DNA of 64,000 nt from an uncultured Oscillospiraceae bacterium (GCA_964370735.1 CAYJLC010000004.1:30824-94823); one strand, 5' to 3'. Counted from the stretch's first letter, positions 44,939 through 54,368 are shown. Translations and numbers: made by a program. Notes: generated by a model not told the origin, from the sequence alone.

Positions 44939-46645
44939 TTACGCGCCCATATTAAGTAGAGTTTGAAGTGCTTCGTCTAATGTTGTCATAAGTTGAATTG
45001 CAGCAGTATATGCAGCTTGATAAGTCATTAGATTCGAAGCCTCGTCATTTAAGTCTACACCTGTAATGCTATCACGACTAACATAAAGTTCGTTTGCCAT
45101 GTTCGCATAAGTGTTTGTAACAGTTGTCATAGATTGTTCACTTTGAGCAAGCGTTCCTTGAATATTTATAAACATATTTTCAAAAGTGCCTTCAAAAAGT
45201 GATGGTGATGTTGTGTCAGCAGGGTTTACAAGATAGTCCACATTTTTATCGAATGAAGCAAGATATCTTGCAAGGTTAGTACGGTCGTCTGACGGTGCAC
45301 CGATAGTTGTGCTAGAAAGAATAGAAACATCGCCTTCTGACCAGCCTTTTGATATAGATATATTCCCAGCATTGATGCCAGTTGTATCGTTTGAGTCGGA
45401 AGAAATACTAAATAGATTTCCAGCGCCATCAAGGTCGGCTGTGATATCGTTTCCGTCTGCATCAGTTGTATTAAGTGCATTAAAAACAGCTGCAAATTCG
45501 CGTGCTAAAACATCAAGAGAATTTTGGTAGAACTGGATGCCTTTTTTAGATAATGCATCTTCGTCATACTCGATTGAAGTAGGGTCGGTAGTTTCGGCAT
45601 CATTATAAGAAAATTCGCCACTCTCGGTTAAAAATTCTCTAATAGATTGGAATGCGCCGTATAAAGCAGTGTCAGAAACACCGATAACATCGTCAAATTG
45701 TGCCTCTTTTTCATGTTGGACAAGTGCACCAGTGGCATCGGTTATAACAGCAGGTTTATAAACGTCACCATCAAGGTCGTTTAGCACTCCGAAAACAACA
45801 TTTTGGTTGCCAGTGGTATTATCGATAGTTAAATCTCTAGAATATTCTCCATGGACTAAATAAACAGGTTGGTCATCGTTTTCATAGTCATGAATACTGA
45901 TTTTTAATTGGTCAACCATAGTTCCAGCGCCCACATCGACTTTTTCATAAGTGATGTCGACTTTAATGTATTCGCTTAATTTATCTAATTGAAGATTTCT
46001 TTCGTCTTTTAATTCTAAAGCGCTATCGCCACGAATTTCGGCTTTATGGATAGCGTCATTTAGATATGCGATATCGTCTAAAATCAAATTGACTTGTCTT
46101 GTAGCCTCGTCAAGCTTAACTTCGTAATTTCCTTCTAAATCGTCAAGTTTGTCTGAATATGTATTGAAGATTGTAGTAAGTGAAGTCGCAGCAGAACGAA
46201 TTAACGCGTCGTACCCTTCGATACCACTTGTATTAGCCGAAGAAATTAAGTCACGCAGTTCATTAAATTGGTCTAAAAGCACACCGTCGTCTTGGTCGGC
46301 GTCGCCACCTAGTCCAACTTCGTCTAAAATTCTCGCGATGTCTTGCAAACCTGCTAATGTTGTATCGGCAGAAGATAAATCAGAGATTGCAGAGCGATAT
46401 GATAGGTCAAAAGCAGCATCGCGATATTGCGAAAGCCCAGTTGTTAAAACACCACGTCCAGCGTTTATATTGTACTGTGAATAGTATTTATCGTTATTAG
46501 AGCCAGATAAAGCGACTTGGTCTAGAGATTGTCTTGTATATCCTACGGTATTGATATTTGTGATATTATGACCGGTAACATCAATAGCTTTTTGTGCAGC
46601 ATATATCCCTAGTCGCGCTGTATTAAAAGTGCCAAATGTACTCAT
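44939..46645 (-). CDS. flgK: Flagellar hook-associated protein 1 (FlgK)
   Basis: The N-terminus is MSTFGTFNTARLGIYAAQKAIDVTGHNITNINTVGYTRQ. The C-terminus is ..EASNLMTYQAAYTAAIQLMTTLDEALQTLLNM. Confidence 0.9.
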   Translation of the reverse strand: MSTFGTFNTARLGIYAAQKAIDVTGHNITNINTVGYTRQSLDQVALSGSNNDKYYSQYNINAGRGVLTTGLSQYRDAAFDLSYRSAISDLSSADTTLAGLQDIARILDEVGLGGDADQDDGVLLDQFNELRDLISSANTSGIEGYDALIRSAATSLTTIFNTYSDKLDDLEGNYEVKLDEATRQVNLILDDIAYLNDAIHKAEIRGDSALELKDERNLQLDKLSEYIKVDITYEKVDVGAGTMVDQLKISIHDYENDDQPVYLVHGEYSRDLTIDNTTGNQNVVFGVLNDLDGDVYKPAVITDATGALVQHEKEAQFDDVIGVSDTALYGAFQSIREFLTESGEFSYNDAETTDPTSIEYDEDALSKKGIQFYQNSLDVLAREFAAVFNALNTTDADGNDITADLDGAGNLFSISSDSNDTTGINAGNISISKGWSEGDVSILSSTTIGAPSDDRTNLARYLASFDKNVDYLVNPADTTSPSLFEGTFENMFINIQGTLAQSEQSMTTVTNTYANMANELYVSRDSITGVDLNDEASNLMTYQAAYTAAIQLMTTLDEALQTLLNMGA

Positions 46646-46655
46646 ATTTTCCTCC

Positions 46656-47123
46656 TTATGCCCTGAAATCAGTGCGCATATTTTCTGTTTTATTTGGGGC
46701 TATTTCGTAGTTTGCAGTTGTTTCGAGAACAACACCACGATTAATTAATCCGTTATTAACAATACTTAGATGTTTTTCTATAATTGCAACAGATTTTTTG
46801 CGAACTTCTTCTAAAGTATTGTAGTCGTTTAGAAGTTTTGTTACGATGGCTAAAGTTTCGTCTTTAAGAGAAGGGTCGCAGTGGTTGTGAAGTTCTCTTA
46901 GAGGGACGCCTGCAAGCCCGATTTCTGAGATAAGGGATTTCTTTTTTATTTCTAATCCACGAAGAGAAAGCGATAGAGCCTGTTCTTCTTTAATGTGTGC
47001 GTTTAATGTATCTAAATCGTGGCTTTTAACAGCGGCGATTATTTTCAATTGTAGCGAATGAAGTTTTAAAAACTCTTGGTTTAGGCTTTGTAAAAAATTT
47101 AAAAAACTCTTGAAATTGTTCAT
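46656..47123 (-). CDS. flgN: FlgN family flagellar export chaperone
   Basis: It is a 155-aa helical protein between flgM and flgK, the canonical position. Confidence 0.7.
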   Translation of the reverse strand: MNNFKSFLNFLQSLNQEFLKLHSLQLKIIAAVKSHDLDTLNAHIKEEQALSLSLRGLEIKKKSLISEIGLAGVPLRELHNHCDPSLKDETLAIVTKLLNDYNTLEEVRKKSVAIIEKHLSIVNNGLINRGVVLETTANYEIAPNKTENMRTDFRA

Positions 47124-47126
47124 ACT

Positions 47127-47423
47127 CTATACCTCGATTTTAAGCATCATTTTCGATGCTATTTCTGACGAATTTGGCTTATAAGTGCCATCTAAAACTT
47201 GATTACGAAGTTCTAAAATTCTGTTTTGAGTAGGACGAACACGCACGTCATTTGAAACTTTTGCTACTAAGTCTTTGATATTTTTCTCATCTTGCGAAAG
47301 AATTTCTGAAAATTCTGCTTGGTCGTAATTTTGCTCTTTTTGAGCCGTATCAGCAATGTTTTCTGACTTTTTCGGTTTACCAACGTTTCTTATTAAATTA
47401 TTTGAATTTATAATCGGAAACAT
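47127..47423 (-). CDS. flgM: Anti-sigma-28 factor FlgM
   Basis: The C-terminus ..VRPTQNRILELRNQVLDGTYKPNSSEIASKMM.. is typical of FlgM. The start at 47423 follows AAAGGGGGG. Confidence 0.8.
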   Translation of the reverse strand: MFPIINSNNLIRNVGKPKKSENIADTAQKEQNYDQAEFSEILSQDEKNIKDLVAKVSNDVRVRPTQNRILELRNQVLDGTYKPNSSEIASKMMLKIEV

Positions 47424-47661
47424 CTTATGTCCCCCCTTTTCCATAATTCTATTTTCTTATAAATTTATTATCGTCAGTAATTTTCAAAAAATAAGCCTAA
47501 TTACATTATTTTTTGAAAAAACTGTAAAAAAAGTTACGCTAAGGTGCTAAATGTTAAAATTCTGTGAACAACATCGACAAATTTTTCCATATTTCGCTAT
47601 ATCACAGGGTTTATTTACCATAAAGTATTTGGAAATATTTTAAAAAAACCTATAAAATAGC

Positions 47662-47693
47662 AAAAAAAACCAACCCTTTCGGATTGGTTTTGT
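47662..47693 (-). terminator. Terminator after rplA
   Basis: On the - strand: AACCAATCC-gaaa-GGGTTGGTT followed by TTTTTTT. Confidence 0.8.
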
Positions 47694-47695
47694 AA

Positions 47696-48391
47696 TTATT
47701 CAGAAACTTTTGCTTGGTTGATTTTAACACCAGGACCCATTGTTGAAGCTACAACTAATGAACGGATGTATTGACCTTTTGCAGCAGCTGGTTTAGCTTT
47801 TACAACAGCGCCAACTAAAGCGTTGAAGTTATCTGCTAATTTTTCAGCACCGAAAGATACTTTACCGATTGGGCAGTGAATGATGTTAGTTTTGTCTAAA
47901 CGGTATTCAATTTTACCAGCTTTAGACTCGTTTACAGCTTTAGTAACGTCCATAGAAACAGTACCAGCTTTTGGGTTTGGCATTAAGCCTTTTGGACCTA
48001 ATACTTTACCTAAACGACCAACTACACCCATCATATCTGGAGTAGCGATTACTACATCATAGTCAAAGAAGTTTTCTTTTTGAATTCTTTCAAGCATATC
48101 TTCAGCACCAACATAATCAGCACCAGCAGCTTTTGCTTCGTCAGCTTTAGCGCCTTTAGCGAATACTAAAACTTTAACATCTTTACCAATACCGTGTGGT
48201 AAAACGATAGCACCACGAACTTGTTGGTCAGCGTGTCTTGAGTCAACACCTAATTTGATGTGAACTTCAACTGTTTCGTCAAATTTTGCTTTAGCAACGT
48301 TAATTACTGCTTCTAAAGCTTCTGACGGGTCGTATAATTTAGCGCGGTCAATCATTTTTGCGCTTTCAACGTATTTTTTACCTCTACGCAT
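47696..48391 (-). CDS. rplA: 50S ribosomal protein L1
   Basis: ..[21 protein letters not shown].. is present. Length is 231 aa. Confidence 0.97.
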   Translation of the reverse strand: MRRGKKYVESAKMIDRAKLYDPSEALEAVINVAKAKFDETVEVHIKLGVDSRHADQQVRGAIVLPHGIGKDVKVLVFAKGAKADEAKAAGADYVGAEDMLERIQKENFFDYDVVIATPDMMGVVGRLGKVLGPKGLMPNPKAGTVSMDVTKAVNESKAGKIEYRLDKTNIIHCPIGKVSFGAEKLADNFNALVGAVVKAKPAAAKGQYIRSLVVASTMGPGVKINQAKVSE

Positions 48392-48466
48392 AGGTTAAAT
48401 CCTCCTTAAGTGGTTACTCGGAAACGACGTTCCTCCCACGTATTTATGCCATACTGGCTTTAATAA

Positions 48467-48892
48467 TTAATCTTCTACAACAACGCCCATAGAACGTGCA
48501 GTACCTGCGATCATGCTCATAGCAGTTTCAACAGATGCAGCGTTTAAGTCTGGCATTTTGATTTCAGCAATTTTTCTTACGTCTTCTTTGCTGATTTTTG
48601 CAACTTTATCTTTTTGTGGAACTGCAGAACCGCTTTCGATGTTACAAGCTTTCTTGATTAACACTGGAGCTGGTGGAGTTTTTGTGATAAAGCTGAATGA
48701 ACGGTCTGCATAAACAGTGATTACTACTGGGATAATCATACCGATATCATTTTTTGTACGCTCATTAAATTCTTTAGTAAACGACATAATATTAACACCA
48801 TGTTGACCTAATGCAGGACCTACTGGTGGTGCAGGTGTTGCTTTACCTGCTGGAATTTGAAGTTTTATATAACCTACTACTTTTTGTGCCAT
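48467..48892 (-). CDS. rplK: 50S ribosomal protein L11
   Basis: [36 protein letters not shown].. is present. The upstream 14 codons of the track ORF are spurious. Confidence 0.97.
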   Translation of the reverse strand: MAQKVVGYIKLQIPAGKATPAPPVGPALGQHGVNIMSFTKEFNERTKNDIGMIIPVVITVYADRSFSFITKTPPAPVLIKKACNIESGSAVPQKDKVAKISKEDVRKIAEIKMPDLNAASVETAMSMIAGTARSMGVVVED

Positions 48893-48953
48893 TTGGGAGC
48901 ACCTCCTCAATAAAAATGTGGTAATGGCGAGCATTTAGCTCTTCCACTTTAGT

Positions 48954-49508
48954 TTACGTTGCAAGTGGTTTAACACTCGCGATATCTAGTTCGGCTGGAG
49001 TTTCCCTACCAAACATAGATACAAGTACAAGTACTGTTCCTTTTTCTTTATCGATTTCGGAAACAATACCAACAGAACCTTCTAAAGGACCTGCACAAAC
49101 TCTGACAGAATCTGAAACTTCGAACGGAATAATAACTTCGCGTTTGATTTCCATTGCTTCATCAGTGTCGTATTTTTCAAGACCAAAACGTCTTACTTCT
49201 TCTTCTGATAATGGAGTTGGCTTAGAATCTGCACCAACAAACCCTGTAACACCCCTTGTGTTTCTGACAATAATCCAGCTATCATCATTTAAAACCATTT
49301 TAAGCATTACATAGCCTGGGAAAAGCTTCTTAGAAACTTCCTTGACTACGCCATTTTTAACTTCTTCAACAGTTTCAAGTGGTATAACAACTTTGTGAAT
49401 CAGATTATGGAGTTTACGATTTTCAACAGCTTGTTCGATAGTCGAGCAAACTTTGTTCTCATAACCTGAGTAAGTATTTATAACATACCATCTAGCAAGT
49501 TCTGACAT
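48954..49508 (-). CDS. nusG: Transcription termination/antitermination factor NusG
   Basis: ..RWYVINTYSGYENKV.. forms the NGN domain. The C-terminal KOW region is ..FEVSDSVRVCAGPLEGSVGIV... Confidence 0.95.
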   Translation of the reverse strand: MSELARWYVINTYSGYENKVCSTIEQAVENRKLHNLIHKVVIPLETVEEVKNGVVKEVSKKLFPGYVMLKMVLNDDSWIIVRNTRGVTGFVGADSKPTPLSEEEVRRFGLEKYDTDEAMEIKREVIIPFEVSDSVRVCAGPLEGSVGIVSEIDKEKGTVLVLVSMFGRETPAELDIASVKPLAT

Positions 49509-49527
49509 AGTTCAATCCCCCTTTAGT

Positions 49528-49797
49528 TTAACCTAAGCTTATAAGTGCGTGACTTATAAATTTAAATACAAAGTCTAGTCCAGCTATAACAACTAAAGCC
49601 ATTAAAACTGTGCTTAAAACAACACCTGTGTTGTTTAAAACTGCATGACGAGTAGGCCATACAACTTTTTTTGCTTCAGCTTTAAGTTCTTTAAACCATT
49701 TTAGCGTTTTGTTTTGTTTCTTTTTGGCAGGTTTCGAAGATTTTTTGTCTTTGTTTTCTTTTTTAAGCTCAGTATCTTTATTATTTAATTCTGACAA
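49528..49797 (-). CDS. secE: Preprotein translocase subunit SecE (with a Lys-rich N-terminal extension)
   Basis: ..WFKELKAEAKKVVWPTRHAVLNNTGVVLSTVLMALVVIAGLDF.. is present. It lies between rpmG and nusG. Confidence 0.9.
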   Translation of the reverse strand: MSELNNKDTELKKENKDKKSSKPAKKKQNKTLKWFKELKAEAKKVVWPTRHAVLNNTGVVLSTVLMALVVIAGLDFVFKFISHALISLG

Positions 49798-49822
49798 TTA
49801 AAACACACCCTTTCCAAAAAAA

Positions 49823-49972
49823 TTATTTTGTTTCTCTGTGAACAGTGTGCTTTTTACAGAAACGACAAAACTTATTCATTTCTAAACGATCTGGATTGTT
49901 TTTTTTGTTTTTCATTGTGTCGTAGTTTCTTTGTTTGCAATCTGTACACGCTAATGTAACTTTTACGCGCAT
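49823..49972 (-). CDS. rpmG: 50S ribosomal protein L33 (49 aa; below the ORF-track cutoff)
   Basis: Hand translation: [58 protein letters not shown] lies upstream. Confidence 0.95.
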   Translation of the reverse strand: MRVKVTLACTDCKQRNYDTMKNKKNNPDRLEMNKFCRFCKKHTVHRETK

Positions 49973-50053
49973 TTCGGCACCTCCTTAAATTTTGGCCTCC
50001 CTTTGCAATTGACAAAATAGCCCTTTGCTACAAGTCCTGCATAGGTAAATAGA

Positions 50054-50082
50054 ATTATATCACATATTCTAGGTTTTGTCAA
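50054..50082 (-). promoter_or_regulatory. Sigma-A type promoter of rpmG-secE-nusG-rplK-rplA
   Basis: On the - strand: TTGACA (50082-50077), a 17-nt spacer, then TATAAT (50059-50054). Confidence 0.65.
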
Positions 50083-50166
50083 GGTTTTTTAAACAAATTT
50101 TACTTTTGTATTATATGTATATATATCGATAAAAATTTACATGAAATTTTTAAAAATTAAGAGATA

Positions 50167-50195
50167 AAAAACCCTATTCGAAAATAGGGTTTCAC
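50167..50195. terminator. Bidirectional hairpin terminator
   Basis: AAACCCTATT-cgaa-AATAGGGTTT has a T-run on the - strand side. It may end the DUF1846 transcript about 250 nt after its stop. Confidence 0.6.
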
Positions 50196-50216
50196 TATTT
50201 TGTGACTTCATCACGA

Positions 50217-50319
50217 TTTTAAATTTTCGCCAAATTTGTAGGGGAGAACTGCGTTCTACCTAAAAAGCAAGCAAATTTCGTCGAAAAAAGGGTATTTCGC
50301 ATTTGTGAATGCGACCAAA
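50217..50319 (+). repeat. ~103-nt dispersed repeat, copy A (direct repeat of 52502-52604)
   Basis: In my hand alignment with 52502-52604, 87 of 103 positions are identical. It contains TTTGTAGGGGAGAAC..GTTCTACC and the hairpin TCGCAT-ttgtga-ATGCGA (50297-50314). Confidence 0.75.
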
Positions 50320-50439
50320 CTACTCGTTTGGATAGAGGGGTTTTTAAAAAACTTGACAAACGACTTTAACTTTTATGCAATTTTCTCTATCTTACCCCTT
50401 TTGCGAAAGTCTAAACTACCCCGAGTGGGGTAGCTTTTG

Positions 50440-51924
50440 TTATTTATGATACAATTTCGATGTTTCGTATTTTGCAGAGCAAGTAAGGTTTATGCCGATT
50501 TTTTTAAGCGTTTTTTCGTCTACTTGAGATAAAATTACGCTAGAATGAGCCTCGGCGCCCTTTAATTTCTCGATTTGCTTTAGTGCTAGTGCCGAAGTTG
50601 GGTTTGTTACAGCAGAAATCGATAGAGCTAAAAGCAGCTCGTCTGTGTGGATACGAGGGTTTTTTGAGCCTAGCATATCGGTTTTAACTTTTCCGATAGG
50701 TTCGATTATTGCAGGGGATAAAACAGGCACATCTTTTGGAATATTTGCAAGATGTTTAATGGCATTTAAGATTGCAGCAGAAGAAGCCCCGAATAAATCA
50801 GATGTTTTTCCTGTCACAATAGAACCGTCAGAAAGCTCGATTGCAACAGCAGGAGAGCCTGTTTCTAAAGCTTTTTGCTCGGATACTTCAGAAACTTTTC
50901 TGTCTTCTATGCTTGTTTTCGCTTGTTTCATAAGTAATTCTAATTTAAATATTTTATCTTCTGTCGACAAGCCTTGGCGAACTAGGCATTTTTCGTGGAA
51001 GTATCTTCTAATGATTTCACGTCTTGCAGCCTCACAAGTCACATCGTCGTCAGAAATGCATTTTCCAGCCATATTAACACCCATATCCGTCGGTGATTTA
51101 TATGGGTTTGTGCCATAAATTCTAGTAAAAATAGCATCTAAAACTGGGAAAACCTCTATGTCACGATTATAGTTGATTGTAGTTTCTGAGTATGCTTCTA
51201 GGTGGAAAGGGTCTATCATATTTGCGTCTTTAAGGTCTACTGTTGCCGCCTCATACGCGATATTTACTGGGTGAGATAATGGCAAATTCCATACTGGGAA
51301 TGTTTCGAATTTTGCATATCCAGAGTTTAAACCGCGTTTATGGTCATGGTAAAGTTGAGAAAGACATGTAGCCATTTTTCCACTACCAGGCCCTGGTGCT
51401 GTGATTACTACAAGTGGACGAGATGTTTCGATATATTCATTTTTTCCATAACCCTCGTCACTCACTATATGAGAAATTTCCGTAGGGTAGCCTTTGATTT
51501 CATAATGCTCATAGCATTTTATACCAAGTGAATTTAATCTCGCTTTAAAAGTTTCTGCCGAGGCTTGTTTGTTATATTGGGTGATAACTACCGAGCCTAC
51601 AAATAAATCAATGCTTCTAAAAGCGTCGATTAGACGTAAAACATCAACGTCATAAGTGATGCCTAAATCCGAGCGAACTTTATTGTTCTCGATGTCGATT
51701 GCTGAAATAACAATAATAATTTCGGCTTTGTCTTTCATTTGAGAAAGCAGGCGAACTTTTATATCCGGTAAAAATCCTGGTAAAACCCTTGAAGCATGGT
51801 AATCATCAAAAAGCTTTCCGCCGAATTCTAGATATAGTTTATTGTCAAAGTTTTTAATTCTTTCGATTATGTGTTCCGATTGCATTTGCAAGTATTTATC
51901 GCAATCAAATCCTATTTTTTGCAT
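50440..51924 (-). CDS. DUF1846 (UPF0371) family protein
   Basis: MQKIGFDCDKYLQMQSEHIIERI..LYLEFGGKLFDDYHASRVLPGF.. is characteristic of UPF0371. Confidence 0.85.
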   Translation of the reverse strand: MQKIGFDCDKYLQMQSEHIIERIKNFDNKLYLEFGGKLFDDYHASRVLPGFLPDIKVRLLSQMKDKAEIIIVISAIDIENNKVRSDLGITYDVDVLRLIDAFRSIDLFVGSVVITQYNKQASAETFKARLNSLGIKCYEHYEIKGYPTEISHIVSDEGYGKNEYIETSRPLVVITAPGPGSGKMATCLSQLYHDHKRGLNSGYAKFETFPVWNLPLSHPVNIAYEAATVDLKDANMIDPFHLEAYSETTINYNRDIEVFPVLDAIFTRIYGTNPYKSPTDMGVNMAGKCISDDDVTCEAARREIIRRYFHEKCLVRQGLSTEDKIFKLELLMKQAKTSIEDRKVSEVSEQKALETGSPAVAIELSDGSIVTGKTSDLFGASSAAILNAIKHLANIPKDVPVLSPAIIEPIGKVKTDMLGSKNPRIHTDELLLALSISAVTNPTSALALKQIEKLKGAEAHSSVILSQVDEKTLKKIGINLTCSAKYETSKLYHK

Positions 51925-52088
51925 ATTTAAACTTCCTTTCCTTACGCTAAATTAATTATACTATAAAAAAAATATTTTTACAAGCAAAGTTATGATTTTA
52001 TATGTAAAATTAATTTAAACTTTTCGTTCACACTTTTAGCAAATTCTGTATAGTATGTAACAGTAGAATACGAAAGGAGGAAAACAGT

Positions 52089-52247
52089 ATGTGGCAAACT
52101 AACTGCAATAATGGTTGTGCAACAACTTGTGGTAACACTTTTGGCAATGATTATATTTGGATAATTTTAATCGTAGTCGCTTTATTAGTATGCTTTGGTG
52201 GCTTTGGAACTGGCTGCAACAATGGCTGTGGTAACACTTGTATTTAA
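52089..52247 (+). CDS. Tiny Cys/Gly/Asn-rich single-TM peptide (52 aa), YjcZ-like
   Basis: Hand translation: MWQTNCNNGCATTCGNTFGNDYIWIILIVVALLVCFGGFGTGCNNGCGNTCI. AGGAGG lies 8 nt upstream. It is not in the ORF track. Confidence 0.7.
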   Translation: MWQTNCNNGCATTCGNTFGNDYIWIILIVVALLVCFGGFGTGCNNGCGNTCI

Positions 52248-52273
52248 TTTGATATAAAGAAGGGAGAATTTTT

Positions 52274-52378
52274 ATGTATTGCAATAATTTTGATACTATG
52301 TGGATTATAGTAATTTTAATTGTTATCGTTTGCTGCTGTGGTGGTGGATTTGGATACCCTAATAATTGCTGTAATTAA
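52274..52378 (+). CDS. Tiny Cys-rich single-TM peptide (34 aa), YjcZ-like
   Basis: Hand translation: MYCNNFDTMWIIVILIVIVCCCGGGFGYPNNCCN. A GGGAG RBS is present. Two terminator hairpins follow. Confidence 0.65.
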   Translation: MYCNNFDTMWIIVILIVIVCCCGGGFGYPNNCCN

Positions 52379-52390
52379 TGTACTTAAAAT

Positions 52391-52447
52391 AAACTCCCTT
52401 CATACTCGGGAGTTTCAAAAAAACCCGTTTTGTCGACGGGTTTTTAT
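52391..52447 (+). terminator. Tandem terminator hairpins after the tiny-peptide genes
   Basis: AAACTCCC-ttcatact-CGGGAGTTT comes first. Then AAACCCG-ttttgtcga-CGGGTTTTT. Confidence 0.75.
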
Positions 52448-52501
52448 AATGTATAGGGTAAAATTTTATACAAAAGTGTAAATTTTGAAACTTTGTCACT
52501 C

Positions 52502-52680
52502 TTTTAAATTTTCACCGAATTTGTACGGGAGAACTCTGTTTTCCCTAAAAAGCAATCAAATTTCGCCGAAAAAAGGATATTTCGACCTTGTGATGTCGAC
52601 CAAAAGGATTTCATTCTTTGGAAAACTGACCACCTGACGTGGACGCATTTGGGAGAATTTTTCTAACTTTTTTGACACGA
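52502..52680 (+). repeat. Dispersed repeat, copy B, plus an adjoining Y-box module
   Basis: 52502-52604 aligns with 50217-50319. CCTGACGTGGACGCATTTG..TTTTTCTA..TTTTTTGACA (52633-52680) parallels 25787-25835. Confidence 0.75.
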
Positions 52681-52720
52681 TAAAAGAGGCTTTTGCAATT
52701 GCAAGCCTCCTTTGAGTTTA

Positions 52721-54358
52721 TTATTGGTCGAATTCTAAATTATCGAATTCTGTGGCTTTTATAACACCAGACTGGCTGTCGTAGAATGTGATTTCCACTT
52801 CATCGCCAACTTCAGTTAATACAAGTTCTGCGCTTGTTTCGCCGACAATTGTAAAGATTTTATCGTCTTTTCTGTCTAAAATAACGCTGTATACAACGCC
52901 TGTATCTAGGCTTTCGCTACCTATACGAACAACATTTCCTTTGATGGTTTCAACTTCGCCACCTTCTGGAATAAACGAACTCGTAGAGCCTAAAACGCTG
53001 TCATAATCGCGAAGTGCACTGTTTATTGTGTCGCCGATACCAACGCTAGTTACGTCTGAAACTGATACAAATGCGTATTGTTTAATAAGTCCACCATTGT
53101 CTTTTAATGTGATGAAATATGTTGGAATTCCATTGTGGTTTATGATAATTGGAGAAGTAGCAAAATATCCAAATTGCTGAACAGCACCTTCGGCAGAATT
53201 CATTGCAGCAGACTCTGTTGCACCACTAATTTGATATAATTTTGATTCTTTTGTAACCATATCTACCATCATAAAGCCCATTGCAGATTCATCGGCACCG
53301 ACAGAAGTAAGTCCTGTAAACAGGTAGCAATTTCCTTCGTTATAGATGATTGCAGTTTCTGAACTTGTCATAAATTTATCTAAATTCGAGAAGTTAAAAA
53401 TACCATGCACATACTCACCTTGGTTGTTAAGTTGCGTCATAATAAATTCTTCTGGTTGAACCCTGTCTACCCATGATGGAATTTCATCGATAGAGTATTC
53501 GTTAACTTCGCCAGTTGTTGCTTGTAAAGTTATAACGCCAGTTGCTTCTGGTAATGCATATAACCAATTGTTTTTATAAGTTGTAATAATCCAATACGGG
53601 TTGCCTTCATCGTCGATTTCAAAAGAATAGTCTGTCATTGCATCAAAAGATTTTCCAGCAAATATTCTTAAATAACGCTCGATATCGTCAAAGAAATATG
53701 AGTTTGGTTGGTATTTAATCGGAGTTTCAACAAATTCGATATCTTGAAGGTTTGTCGCTGAAACTTTTATATATCCGGCTGAACCATCGATGTTGCTAAT
53801 CCATTTGAAAAATCCTGAGTGTTGTAAAGGAACTACCCAGAAAAGTTCGCCATTAATTTGTTGTATAACAGGCTCGCCTAAGAAAACTTGCGACCCCATT
53901 CCTGGGTTTTCGCCTAGTTTTTTATCGGCAAGTGAATATGCAAGCGATTTGTCCACGATTGGAACTTGCGACAGGTCTAAAAGTTGCACATCTTCCGAGA
54001 ATGCTGTGATTTCTGGTGTGCCTAATTGGTCTTTGTATGCTTTTGAGTTAAATAGCGGGGAAGAGGCGATGTTTGCAACAAAATAAATCCCCCATAAAAC
54101 TGCTAAAACTGTCACAACTGGTTTGAAACCTTTTACTTTGGTGTCGATATTAATTTTTGCACGTCCTGTGACATCTTGAGTTAATTTGATGCCTGATAAT
54201 GCGTAGAAAAAGTTTACAACAACAAATGCAGACACTACAAAAAGCCAAGAAAACAGACCTTCGGCGTACATTGGGTTTAGGTTTGACGGGCTGATTATAT
54301 ATGCGATGACGAAAAATGCAATCAGCGCTAAATTACCATAAATTCTAACTTTTTTCAT
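52721..54358 (-). CDS. Membrane protein with a large extracytoplasmic domain, function unknown
   Basis: There are three predicted N-terminal TM helices, then about 430 aa of soluble domain. I recognised no motif. Confidence 0.6.
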   Translation of the reverse strand: MKKVRIYGNLALIAFFVIAYIISPSNLNPMYAEGLFSWLFVVSAFVVVNFFYALSGIKLTQDVTGRAKINIDTKVKGFKPVVTVLAVLWGIYFVANIASSPLFNSKAYKDQLGTPEITAFSEDVQLLDLSQVPIVDKSLAYSLADKKLGENPGMGSQVFLGEPVIQQINGELFWVVPLQHSGFFKWISNIDGSAGYIKVSATNLQDIEFVETPIKYQPNSYFFDDIERYLRIFAGKSFDAMTDYSFEIDDEGNPYWIITTYKNNWLYALPEATGVITLQATTGEVNEYSIDEIPSWVDRVQPEEFIMTQLNNQGEYVHGIFNFSNLDKFMTSSETAIIYNEGNCYLFTGLTSVGADESAMGFMMVDMVTKESKLYQISGATESAAMNSAEGAVQQFGYFATSPIIINHNGIPTYFITLKDNGGLIKQYAFVSVSDVTSVGIGDTINSALRDYDSVLGSTSSFIPEGGEVETIKGNVVRIGSESLDTGVVYSVILDRKDDKIFTIVGETSAELVLTEVGDEVEITFYDSQSGVIKATEFDNLEFDQ

Positions 54359-54368
54359 AAATCTCTCC

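Noticed and set aside
48392-48466. The rplK-rplA intergenic region considered as an L1-binding autoregulatory leader.
   Set aside because: The region contains GGGAGGAACGTCGTTTCC-like sequence. I cannot confidently match it to the L1 stalk mimic by eye, so it is not reported as a feature.
52099-52284. A 61-aa minus-strand ORF from the track, rich in Cys/His/Gln.
   Set aside because: It is antisense to two plus-strand mini-ORFs that have proper RBSs, a TM helix each and downstream terminators. Its composition is a mirror artefact of the Cys/Gly/Asn codons.
50217-52604. The direct repeats considered as attL/attR of an integrated island.
   Set aside because: The enclosed genes are a conserved DUF1846 housekeeping-type gene and two tiny peptides. 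There are no integrase, transposase or phage genes. The repeats belong to a wider dispersed family.
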